A DNA stretch of 64,000 nt. Origin: Escherichia phage BEU50. The translations under genes and the position numbers were made by a program. How positions within the stretch are numbered: position 1 is the stretch's first letter; each line of letters begins with the position of its first letter. The notes beneath the pieces are model-generated. The model ran no database searches. It was not told the origin of the DNA and was given only the letters and a program-made list of their open reading frames with translations. Where the stretch lies: sequence record OM632671.1; one strand, given 5' to 3'. Below, one piece after another: positions 44,666-53,262 of the stretch.

Positions 44666-45635
44666 GGCTTACTTTGGTAGCCACCTTTATGGAACGTCTA
44701 CCCCTGAATCTGACGTTGATTTTAAAGAAATTTATGTCCCTCATGCTCGTGATATCTTGACCGGTAACGTTAAAGAACATATGAGCAAGAACACGAATAA
44801 CACATCTTCTAAGAACACAAAAGACGACGTGGACCATGAGTTATATAGTCTCAAATATTTCTTTAAACTAGCTGCAGATGGTGAAACTGTCGCATTAGAT
44901 ATGCTTCACACTCCACCAAGTCTAGTAGTTAAATCTGATTTGCCTGATGTATGGAAGTATATTCAAGATAACAGGTCTCGTTTCTATACCACTAACATGA
45001 AATCTTATTTAGGGTATGTCCGTAAGCAAGCTTCTAAATACGGTGTCAAGGGTTCTCGACTGGCTGTTCTTCGTCAAGCCCTTAAACGTTCTAATGAATG
45101 GGGACAATACTTTGATAATGGTGCAGTAATTCGTTTATCACATATGAAGAATGTTCTGCCTGTAGGTGAATTTGCTTCATGGGTTGAAACCGAAAACGAG
45201 AAAACAGGTAAGCAAACATTCTATAATCTGTTAGACCGTAAATTCCAAGATACGTTAACCAATAAAGAGTTCAATGCCATCCTGGTTAAACTGGAAGAGA
45301 ACTACGGTGAACGTGCTCGTAAGGCGGAAGCCAACGAAGGTATTGACTGGAAAGCATTGAGTCATGCATGCCGTGGTGGACTTCAACTATTGGAAATTTA
45401 CAAAACCGGCGACCTGGTTTACCCACTTCAGGATGCTCCATTTATTCTCGATGTTAAGCTTGGTAAACATACGTTTAAAACTGTACAAGAATTCCTAGAA
45501 GATATCGTTGACCAAGTTGAACAAGCATCAGAACAAGCCGCTAAGAACGGTATGCAACAAAAAGTAGATATGAGTTTCTGGGATGACTTCCTTGAACAAG
45601 TCTATCTCGAAAATCATAATTCTTACTATAAATAA
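44649..45635 (+). CDS. predicted Pol-beta-superfamily nucleotidyltransferase-fold protein
   Basis: N-terminal motif YFGSHLYGTSTPESDVDF (GS...SDxD); 328 aa; start overlaps the HEG end. Confidence 0.55.
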   Translation: MKTIVKAYFGSHLYGTSTPESDVDFKEIYVPHARDILTGNVKEHMSKNTNNTSSKNTKDDVDHELYSLKYFFKLAADGETVALDMLHTPPSLVVKSDLPDVWKYIQDNRSRFYTTNMKSYLGYVRKQASKYGVKGSRLAVLRQALKRSNEWGQYFDNGAVIRLSHMKNVLPVGEFASWVETENEKTGKQTFYNLLDRKFQDTLTNKEFNAILVKLEENYGERARKAEANEGIDWKALSHACRGGLQLLEIYKTGDLVYPLQDAPFILDVKLGKHTFKTVQEFLEDIVDQVEQASEQAAKNGMQQKVDMSFWDDFLEQVYLENHNSYYK

Positions 45636-45666
45636 GTAGATAAATAACCATTAACTTGAGGTAAAT

Positions 45667-45948
45667 ATGAAAAAATTAGTAATTGGTTTATTCGCAGTAA
45701 TGATGGCATTCTCTGTTGGTGCTACCACAGGTGCTGCTGGCGGTAGTGCAGGAGCTGGTGGTAACCAGTCTTCTGGGCCTTCCAATGGTTCGGTAAATGC
45801 ATCACATTCTCAGGGTATTGAGAACATTAAATCAAGCTATATTAATAGCACGGCAGGTCAAGCAACTGAAGCATGGTCAAAGGGCCGAGTAGTTACTCGC
45901 TCCGTATTCTGTGATATGCCTAATTATGTTGCTAAGTGCGATAAGTAA
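45667..45948 (+). CDS. small secreted Gly/Ser-rich protein with C-terminal Cys-x8-Cys loop
   Basis: Signal peptide MKKLVIGLFAVMMAFSVGA; AGGSAGAGGNQSSGPSNGS; C-terminal CDMPNYVAKC. Confidence 0.55.
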   Translation: MKKLVIGLFAVMMAFSVGATTGAAGGSAGAGGNQSSGPSNGSVNASHSQGIENIKSSYINSTAGQATEAWSKGRVVTRSVFCDMPNYVAKCDK

Positions 45949-45952
45949 ATGT

Positions 45953-45973
45953 GGGGACCTTCGGGTCCCTTTA
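45953..45973 (+). terminator. rho-independent terminator
   Basis: gggacc-ttcg-ggtccc followed by TTT. Confidence 0.6.
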
Positions 45974-45999
45974 GGGGGTTAAAATATTTTTAAAAAGTA

Positions 46000-46029
46000 G
46001 TGTACATGCTTTTAGGATATGTTATTATA
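46000..46029 (+). promoter_or_regulatory. early promoter (GTGTAC -35, TATTAT -10), PeSL family A variant
   Basis: Downstream 5' UTR aaacgaaatgagtaaattggag resembles the 28420 copy. Confidence 0.5.
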
Positions 46030-46066
46030 GACCTATCGAAACGAAATGAGTAAATTGGAGAATAAA

Positions 46067-47047
46067 ATGTTCAACGTTCAAATCAAAAAAGGTATCTATC
46101 GTAATAACGAAATCTCTGGTTCTTATGTTGCCACAAAGACATGGTTCCCGGCAAAGCTTAATCCTGAATGTTCCCACTTAGGTGATGGTAAAATTTTCGT
46201 TATGATTGATGGTTCTGAACGTGGAGTATGGGTCTTCAAATCAGACATCGTAATGGAAGGAGTTGAGACATCTCCAGTTTCAGTTGTTGAAAGCACTGAA
46301 GATATGAAAACTCGTATCAACAAACGCTTTAAAGTAATGAACATGATGACGAATGGCATTATCGATGGCAAAATTCGTTCACTCATTATTTCAGGTGCAG
46401 CCGGTATTGGTAAGACGTATTCTCTGGATAAAGCACTTAATAATGCTAATGATAATGGTTTCATCAAATACAAAAGCATTAATGGTAAAATCTCTGGTAT
46501 TGGCCTTTACGAACAACTTTGGCTCAACCGTGATGCATACAGCGTTCTCTTAATCGACGACGTTGATGTATTCTCAGATATGGACATCTTGAACCTTCTT
46601 AAAGCAGCATTAGATACCGGAGATAAACGCAAAGTTTGTTGGAGCACTGCGTCATCTTATCTCGATGATAAGGGTATTGATAAAGAATTTGAGTTTGAAG
46701 GTACTATCGTTTTCATTACAAACGTTGATATCGATAAAGAGTTAGAACGCGGTTCGAAACTTGCTCCGCACCTTCAAGCTTTAGTATCTCGTTCAGTGTA
46801 TTTGGACCTTGGAGTACACTCTAATGAAGAGATTATGGTTCGAGTTGAAGATGTAATATTATCTACTGACATGATGCAGAAACGTGGCCTGACGGATGCA
46901 GAAACGTATAAAGCATTGTCCTGGATGAAGGCTAACGTATCTCGTCTTCGCAATGTATCATTACGTACGGCTCTTTATGTAGCGGATTTTATTTCAACTG
47001 ATAAAGATGGTTGGGAGGAAATCTCTGAAGTAACTTTACTGAAATAA
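46067..47047 (+). CDS. predicted P-loop ATPase
   Basis: Walker A SGAAGIGKTY, Walker B LLIDDVD; 326 aa from the second ATG after SD ggag. Confidence 0.6.
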   Translation: MFNVQIKKGIYRNNEISGSYVATKTWFPAKLNPECSHLGDGKIFVMIDGSERGVWVFKSDIVMEGVETSPVSVVESTEDMKTRINKRFKVMNMMTNGIIDGKIRSLIISGAAGIGKTYSLDKALNNANDNGFIKYKSINGKISGIGLYEQLWLNRDAYSVLLIDDVDVFSDMDILNLLKAALDTGDKRKVCWSTASSYLDDKGIDKEFEFEGTIVFITNVDIDKELERGSKLAPHLQALVSRSVYLDLGVHSNEEIMVRVEDVILSTDMMQKRGLTDAETYKALSWMKANVSRLRNVSLRTALYVADFISTDKDGWEEISEVTLLK

Positions 47048-47185
47048 GCTTATAGGAAGTTCTGAGGTAACAAAAGCCATAAAGATGAATAATCATATGG
47101 CTTACCTCAAAGAAGGACACCAGGAACCTACTGAGGGCATAGAAATATTTAAAAATAATGATGTACAAATCAAAGAGGATATGTT

Positions 47186-47473
47186 ATGGATTTTATGCAA
47201 AAAATTAAAGCCGCAGTCGAACTCTATGCTCATCGTATGGTTAGTTCTACAATGCAATATAGCGAGGAGGTTCGCCAGGACTCTTCCTTGAAAGGAAAAA
47301 CTAGAGCCTTAATTACCTTAGACCGTCTACAAAAGAATGCCATAGAGATGCTCCAGTACGACAAGGGTGTATATAAGAAAGAACAGGAAGAGAAACTTAA
47401 ATCTGAAAAATTACAAAAAATCCCGAAGTCTGTTTGGTTCAGTGGAAAAAATACCGAAAAAAGTTTCTTTTAG
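47186..47473 (+). CDS. hypothetical protein
   Basis: 95 aa from ATG after SD agagga. Confidence 0.5.
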   Translation: MDFMQKIKAAVELYAHRMVSSTMQYSEEVRQDSSLKGKTRALITLDRLQKNAIEMLQYDKGVYKKEQEEKLKSEKLQKIPKSVWFSGKNTEKSFF

Positions 47474-47475
47474 TT

Positions 47476-47505
47476 GTTTACAAGGTCTATGGTTATGTTA
47501 TTATA
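47476..47505 (+). promoter_or_regulatory. early promoter (GTTTAC, 17 nt, TATTAT) with IR aggtctat / atagacct
   Basis: GTTTAC 47476-47481. Confidence 0.6.
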
Positions 47506-47531
47506 GACCTATCAACTACTGGAGGTAAAAC

Positions 47532-48059
47532 ATGAACGCTAAAGATATTTTCAACCTGGTAAATTATAACGACGGTAAATTTAAATCTGAAGCACAAAGC
47601 AAGTTCTTTAATGACGTTGCTTATGGTAACGAGATTACCGTGGACGGAGGTCAGATTTTCAAATCTCGCTGGAATTGGATTGTTATCATCGATTCAGTTG
47701 GAATTGTGGAAGTCTACAAAAACACTAACAAAAAACGTACATTATTCTGGTCTCGTGAAACTAACGAGCAGTACAAAAAGGATAAAGCATCTCGTTTATC
47801 CAAAGTAACCCAGGAAGATATCGAGTTTATCAAGAAAGATATCGAGATGTACGAAAATTTAATCGCTGAAGACCAGGCAGTACTCGATAAGTTTGATGAA
47901 ATTAAAGCTTCTCGTGAAATCCCTGACTTCATGAAAGAAACAGTAAACGAACGATACGCTCTCACTTCAGAACGTATTGCAAACTATACAAAACAGAAAG
48001 CAGAACGTATTAGTACTCTTCGGAAATTTGAAGAACGTTTAAAGACGGTTCACGCATAA
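47532..48059 (+). CDS. hypothetical protein
   Basis: 175 aa ORF after SD ggagg. Confidence 0.55.
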   Translation: MNAKDIFNLVNYNDGKFKSEAQSKFFNDVAYGNEITVDGGQIFKSRWNWIVIIDSVGIVEVYKNTNKKRTLFWSRETNEQYKKDKASRLSKVTQEDIEFIKKDIEMYENLIAEDQAVLDKFDEIKASREIPDFMKETVNERYALTSERIANYTKQKAERISTLRKFEERLKTVHA

Positions 48060-48060
48060 A

Positions 48061-48086
48061 CGCTTTACCCAAGGACGGGTTATAAT
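48061..48086 (+). promoter_or_regulatory. promoter-like element, degenerate PeSL family C (ccaaggacgg, TATAAT)
   Basis: gctttacccaaggacgggttataat upstream of the ORF at 48122; -35/-10 spacing is irregular. Confidence 0.35.
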
Positions 48087-48121
48087 GGTTTTGAGTTCCA
48101 ATTCAATCTGAGGAAATAGTT

Positions 48122-49117
48122 ATGAGCATTACATCTGATGCGGTAAAACATGAAATTAACGGTTTATGTGCTTCACAGATTAAAGTGTGGTTTAAAGACC
48201 ATAATGATCGCAGAGCACTTAATTATGAGCAAATTGCTATCCAAGTTCATCAATTACTGACTAGTAAATTTGATTTTCATATGCCGTCTGAAATCTATAC
48301 TAATCTGCCGCGAGCGCTTATTAAAGCGTGTAAAGGTTACGGAAAATCAATGGCTGATGGAATCTTCAGCGCGCTGAATAAACTTAACGTTCTGTCGATG
48401 ATTAACTCTAACAACATCCTGCGTAATCTAGGACGTACTGATTTGTTCGGTCGTGAACAGTGTAAAATGCCTTTGAAATGGATTGTTGCTCATCTTAACG
48501 AGAACCAAACACGTTTTATGGCCGTATCAGCACGCTTACAAATGGGTCTAGATCGTCAGATGAACTTTAAAACTCATCCATGTTATTCAGGTTCAACAGA
48601 CTTTTATAAATGTGAGCTTCAAAAGGTTGGTGGCAAAACTGTCTTAGTAGTTCGTGTAACGTTTGAAGGACGACGTCAAGGATATTTTAACCTAATCGGC
48701 TCTGGTCTTAAACATTGTGGATTTATCGACGAAGTTGATATCAAGCGAGACGGCACTGGATATCGTATTGGATATGTTTGTACTCTTAAAGAAGAGATTT
48801 CAGGACCAGCTCCAGGACTAAAAGATGTTAGATATAAAGATGAGCTCGTTGAAGAAATAAAAGAAGTTGAATATGATATCAACCAAGAAGATGCTCTTAA
48901 AGACCTTATTGATGAACTAAACCAAGACGTTATTCCGGTTCAGAAATTTGAATCAAAACATGCTGAGCAAATCAAATACTTTGAAGCTTTGATTAACGAA
49001 CTTAATGTAACTATTCAACAGACCGACGATGAAATCTCACGATTAGCAGGCTTAAACGGTAAAAATAAAACAGAACGAGCTAATCTTATTCAAGTAGTAA
49101 AACTTCTTAAGGAATGA
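48122..49117 (+). CDS. hypothetical protein with C-terminal coiled coil (tandem cassette, 1 of 3)
   Basis: 331 aa; no recognised domain. Confidence 0.6.
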   Translation: MSITSDAVKHEINGLCASQIKVWFKDHNDRRALNYEQIAIQVHQLLTSKFDFHMPSEIYTNLPRALIKACKGYGKSMADGIFSALNKLNVLSMINSNNILRNLGRTDLFGREQCKMPLKWIVAHLNENQTRFMAVSARLQMGLDRQMNFKTHPCYSGSTDFYKCELQKVGGKTVLVVRVTFEGRRQGYFNLIGSGLKHCGFIDEVDIKRDGTGYRIGYVCTLKEEISGPAPGLKDVRYKDELVEEIKEVEYDINQEDALKDLIDELNQDVIPVQKFESKHAEQIKYFEALINELNVTIQQTDDEISRLAGLNGKNKTERANLIQVVKLLKE

Positions 49118-49147
49118 TGTACAACCAAGGATGGTTGGAGTATAATA
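49117..49147 (+). promoter_or_regulatory. early promoter, PeSL family C
   Basis: atgtacaaccaaggatggttggagTATAAT; 27 nt identical to the 50137 copy. Confidence 0.6.
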
Positions 49148-49172
49148 AATTTTTCAACATGAGGAATATAAA

Positions 49173-50132
49173 ATGGCTTTTATTACACGTAGAGAACTTA
49201 TCAAAGAATTTACCTCGAACGCATATACTCCAGGACCTAATCCTATCCGTATGCCTGTAAAGACTCCTGAAGAGATTGAGGAAATCTGTTCATATTATGG
49301 GATTACTTCTCGTAAGTTTACTCAATTTGAATGCGTTACTAACACACCCGTTAAAGAGTTCATTAAAAATGGTGAGTTCAGCCGTTTATTAGCCAAACAG
49401 AAACTTCGTAATTTTTGTATTGGTGGTGAAGGACAATATTTCGCTAAGCAGTTCCGGAATAACCTTAACAATCTGATGGCCATTGCTTCTCGTATTCGTC
49501 CTCAAGCAATTAACATGAAACATTTGAAATATACTTACGATAAGTTAGAAATCATGGTTATCGGTGAGAACGAGTTCACTCTTACGTATAAACCTAAGAA
49601 TGATAACGTTGCTCGTGTATTCCACCAAGCGTTGGAAGTTTTAGGTGATAATATCCACCAGATTAAAGCAATTTATTCTCGTGAGCTTAATATTATCGAC
49701 CCTATCAAGAATAAGGGCCATATCGCTATCCAGGCTCGTGTATCTATTGGTAAAAAGGTTCCTGCGCCATGGTGGCACAAAGACTCTGAATACTATCAAA
49801 ATCTTAAAAAGGAAAATGCATTGTTTGAAGCATCGCTTACTGGGACCCCAATTGAACAGGCCGAAGTCCTAAGTGCTTATTCTACTTCGGGTAAATCAAT
49901 GTTTAAAGGTTTGCCAAATGTGTGCAAACTGTCTGCAGTAAAACTAAATGTTTCTAATGACCTTCTTCCGGCCGAAGATTACCGTTACAATCAAATCAAG
50001 GCCACTATGGACCAACTGTCTGTTGAACTTGACAAAGCACAAGCTAAGCTTCGTGATGCTCAAAGTGTTGTAACGAATCTCCAGTTGCAGTATTCTAAAC
50101 TTTTTAACGCAATGAATGCATTAAAATCATAA
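49173..50132 (+). CDS. hypothetical protein with C-terminal coiled coil (tandem cassette, 2 of 3)
   Basis: 319 aa; no recognised domain. Confidence 0.6.
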   Translation: MAFITRRELIKEFTSNAYTPGPNPIRMPVKTPEEIEEICSYYGITSRKFTQFECVTNTPVKEFIKNGEFSRLLAKQKLRNFCIGGEGQYFAKQFRNNLNNLMAIASRIRPQAINMKHLKYTYDKLEIMVIGENEFTLTYKPKNDNVARVFHQALEVLGDNIHQIKAIYSRELNIIDPIKNKGHIAIQARVSIGKKVPAPWWHKDSEYYQNLKKENALFEASLTGTPIEQAEVLSAYSTSGKSMFKGLPNVCKLSAVKLNVSNDLLPAEDYRYNQIKATMDQLSVELDKAQAKLRDAQSVVTNLQLQYSKLFNAMNALKS

Positions 50133-50136
50133 AATA

Positions 50137-50167
50137 GTTTACAACCAAGGATGGTTGGAGTATAATG
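50137..50167 (+). promoter_or_regulatory. early promoter, PeSL family C
   Basis: GTTTACaaccaaggatggttggagTATAAT. Confidence 0.65.
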
Positions 50168-50194
50168 AATCTATCTTAACGAGAGGAAAATATT

Positions 50195-51145
50195 ATGACA
50201 CGTTCACATTACATTGAATACTTTGCAGGTCTTATCGCTAACGTTCATGCCCAACGTGCTTCTGGTTCATTAGGATTTGATGTTCCACACCGAGATGTAG
50301 TAAGTGGTATTCTTCGAGATTTTGGTACATACATAGGCCAAGAAAATCATATCTGTAAAGATACTCAAAATGCGTATTCTCATTCGTTAGGGACGTTGCT
50401 TCAATGGTTCAAACGTTCTCGTTTATTATCTTCTACTGTAGCTCGCGATAACATTAAAAACTTTATGAAGCCGAGCTTTATTAAATCTGTGACATCTAAA
50501 ACCGATTTGGTTGAATTCACTATTGTTAATGATGTTAAAAAGACTCATTTGGCTGATTGGTTAACTACCATTCCTGAAACTAAATTTGCTGATAAATTTG
50601 CTTGTGAATTCAATAACCAAGTGAATATGCTTTTTAAACATTCTCGTAAATTATTCACAGGCGGCGATGATCGTACAAATAAAGTTCATGCTAAAGATTG
50701 GGTTACTGCAGTGTTCAAACCAACCGGTAATGGTACCGCATCATTATCAATTGATATTCAGGTTCCTTATTATTACTCACGTAATCTCGGCACCATGAAA
50801 GCTGAAGAAATTAAGAAGCACAATAAAACCATTCGTTCGCTGTCTTATAAACTTCGCATGATGTTAAGAATCATGGACGTGGTAGAAATGTATGATGAAA
50901 CCGAAGATAATGGTTCAATGTTATACAGTTCTCGCATTCAAATTAAGTTGAAGAACCCTAACGAGTATAAGCCTAAGCCTATTAAAGAGCCTAAAGCAGA
51001 AAAAGTTGATAACTTAAGAGAAGAACGCGAATATCTCAAATCTCGTCTGAAAGAAGTCGAAGCCCAGATTGCAGAACAAACTAAATCATTAAAAGCTCTG
51101 AATGCAAAAGCGGATGGTTTACGAAATGCCATTGAGGTTTTATAA
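50195..51145 (+). CDS. hypothetical protein with C-terminal coiled coil (tandem cassette, 3 of 3)
   Basis: 316 aa; no recognised domain. Confidence 0.6.
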   Translation: MTRSHYIEYFAGLIANVHAQRASGSLGFDVPHRDVVSGILRDFGTYIGQENHICKDTQNAYSHSLGTLLQWFKRSRLLSSTVARDNIKNFMKPSFIKSVTSKTDLVEFTIVNDVKKTHLADWLTTIPETKFADKFACEFNNQVNMLFKHSRKLFTGGDDRTNKVHAKDWVTAVFKPTGNGTASLSIDIQVPYYYSRNLGTMKAEEIKKHNKTIRSLSYKLRMMLRIMDVVEMYDETEDNGSMLYSSRIQIKLKNPNEYKPKPIKEPKAEKVDNLREEREYLKSRLKEVEAQIAEQTKSLKALNAKADGLRNAIEVL

Positions 51146-51450
51146 TGAAACTACGTCTTTTAGAGGATATTGATATGAGCACTAATCATGACTTGGTTAA
51201 GTTTATTGACGATAGTTCAAAGATTGAATTTGTTCAGCGAGATAAAATCCACGGTGAAGAAGAGTTCGTTCCTCCGGCATGGAACGAAATCATGAAAATG
51301 GTTGAACGACGTGAAAATGCTGCCAAATCGGCAGCAAAACATCCATGTCCGGAATGTGGAACTATCCAAGTCCAACTGGTTAACTGGACCACTGATAACT
51401 TGAAATTGAAATGCCGTAAATGCTTCCACAAATTTGAGAGAACATTATAA
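51145..51450 (+). CDS. hypothetical zinc-ribbon protein
   Basis: CPECG ... CRKC; ATG overlaps the upstream stop. Confidence 0.55.
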   Translation: MKLRLLEDIDMSTNHDLVKFIDDSSKIEFVQRDKIHGEEEFVPPAWNEIMKMVERRENAAKSAAKHPCPECGTIQVQLVNWTTDNLKLKCRKCFHKFERTL

Positions 51451-51863
51451 TGAGATATAGCCTTCGTTGTTTTATTGCAGCTTTAGTTTTTGCCATCATT
51501 CCATTCATTTGGAACAGCCAGAATACTTACATGGAAACTAAAGTAATTCCTGTGGAGGTAGTGGAATTAATTTCAGGTCAATCTACAGGAAAATATTCTA
51601 AATTAGAATTTATTGCCGTCTATAAAGATGAGCAAGGACGAGTTTTTGACAGGCGTGTATCACCGTCGTTTTATACGCTTCTGAATAAAGGTGATACGAT
51701 AGCTATAGAAATTCGTGAGATGGATATCAAACAAACTACTAAAGATAACCTGATTTGGTTCTTTGGTACAGTGTTGATGTTCTCTATCGGTATCACAGGT
51801 TTTATTACATGTATTGTATTTGGTGTTGCATATTTAATCGATGAAAGGAAAAATAATGTTTAA
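51450..51863 (+). CDS. hypothetical membrane protein
   Basis: N- and C-terminal hydrophobic helices. Confidence 0.55.
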   Translation: MRYSLRCFIAALVFAIIPFIWNSQNTYMETKVIPVEVVELISGQSTGKYSKLEFIAVYKDEQGRVFDRRVSPSFYTLLNKGDTIAIEIREMDIKQTTKDNLIWFFGTVLMFSIGITGFITCIVFGVAYLIDERKNNV

Positions 51864-52119
51864 AGTGTACGGGTATGACTCTACTATTCACCGTTGTGTT
51901 TTCTGTGATAATGCGAAAAGATTGCTGACTGTTAAGAAACAGCCATTCGAATTCATTAATGTTATGCCAGAAAAAGGTGTGTTCGATGATGAGAAAATTG
52001 CTGAGCTTCTGGTTAAGCTTGGTCGTGAATCACAAGTCGGATTGACTATGCCTCAAGTGTTTGCTCCTGACGGAAGTCACATTGGTGGATTTGACCAACT
52101 GCGAGAATATTTTAAATGA
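51856..52119 (+). CDS. nrdC: glutaredoxin/thioredoxin NrdC
   Basis: MFKVYGYDSTIHRCVFCDNAKRLLTVKKQPFEFINVMPEKG... near-identical to recalled T4 NrdC; CVFC redox motif. Confidence 0.93.
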   Translation: MFKVYGYDSTIHRCVFCDNAKRLLTVKKQPFEFINVMPEKGVFDDEKIAELLVKLGRESQVGLTMPQVFAPDGSHIGGFDQLREYFK

Positions 52120-52451
52120 ACAATATTGATTTCGCCAAAGCATATAAATTTGTAGCAACTCTTCTCGGCCCTGACGCTCCTACTAAGCTTGAAGTTTTAA
52201 ATTTGATTCCGACTTCATTGGTTCGAGATGCTGAAATATGGACATGGGACGACCCAGCTGTTTGTGAAGACCTGTACATTCTGATGAATGACATGATGGT
52301 TAAAAAGCCTGAAACAATGGTTACTATTACTGTTGAAGAATATAATCGCCTACAAGCCATCGAAGAGCTTCTGTGGAATGTTGAATCTGATTTGCCGTCC
52401 GGACTAGAATCCTGGATTGATTATGAAGAGCTCGATAAGCTCCGCGGTTAA
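52116..52451 (+). CDS. hypothetical acidic protein
   Basis: 111 aa ORF. Confidence 0.5.
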   Translation: MNNIDFAKAYKFVATLLGPDAPTKLEVLNLIPTSLVRDAEIWTWDDPAVCEDLYILMNDMMVKKPETMVTITVEEYNRLQAIEELLWNVESDLPSGLESWIDYEELDKLRG

Positions 52452-52579
52452 ACCGTGGTATTCGGCTCGATGGGAGACAGTCGAGCCAGACGTCGAAACA
52501 GTTTACAACGACGAAGAAACGTGTTATGATGAACCTTCAATAAATGAATTAATTAATATGGAAATGGGAAGAGATTATT

Positions 52580-52750
52580 ATGCAAGTTAAATTATTGTAC
52601 CGTTTATTAAAAAATGGCAAGCATGATTGGTATTTGCTTATTAAAACCGATCCGAATTTTTTCTCCGGACAACCATTTACAGTTCGTCCTACTAAACGTC
52701 AGCTTCGCAAAGCTAAACGTTCTCATCGTAACTTTTATAACGTTTACTAA
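52580..52750 (+). CDS. hypothetical small basic protein (56 aa)
   Basis: Manually translated ORF MQVKLLYRLLKNGKHDWYLL...; not in the track. Confidence 0.4.
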   Translation: MQVKLLYRLLKNGKHDWYLLIKTDPNFFSGQPFTVRPTKRQLRKAKRSHRNFYNVY

Positions 52751-52790
52751 ATAATAAATACCCTTATCTATTTAAGGTAAGGGTTTTATC

Positions 52791-53262
52791 ATGTTATTAT
52801 CAGGCAAAATATAAAGAAGAAAAACAAAAATTTTATGATGCACAGAATGGTAAGTGTCCTATTTGCCACCGTGAATTAGACCCTGATGTTCAAGGTAACC
52901 ATCTTGACCACGACCACGAATTAAACGGGCCAAAAGCCGGTAGAGTTCGTGGATTACTCTGTAATCTGTGCAACGCAGCAGAAGGTCAAATGAAGCATAA
53001 GTTCAACCGTTCCGGTCTTAAAGGACGTGATGTTGACTACCTCGAATGGCTTGAAGCTCTTCTTGCTTATTTGAAACAAGATTATTCTTATAATAATATC
53101 CATCCTAATTTTGTTCCAGACAAAACTAAAGAGTTCTCAAGACTAGGTAAAGAGGAAATGATGGCTGAGATGCTTCAAAGAGGATTTGAATATAATGAAT
53201 CTGACACCAAAACACAGTTAATAGCTTCATTTAAGAAGCAACTTAGAAAGAGTTTAAAATGA
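52791..53262 (+). pseudogene. 49: endonuclease VII (gene 49) interrupted by a frameshift at codon 7; internal-start ORF 52990-53262 intact
   Basis: ATG 52791 gives MLLSGKI then stop; the +1 frame from 52810 encodes YKEEKQKFYDAQNGKCPICHRE...CNLCNAAEGQMKHKFNRSGLKG..., matching recalled T4 EndoVII; apparent 2-nt loss in aaaatat(at)aaag. Confidence 0.7.

Noticed and set aside
47085-47291. 68-aa ORF overlapping the start of the 47186 ORF
   Set aside because: No RBS; overlaps a better-supported ORF with SD agagga
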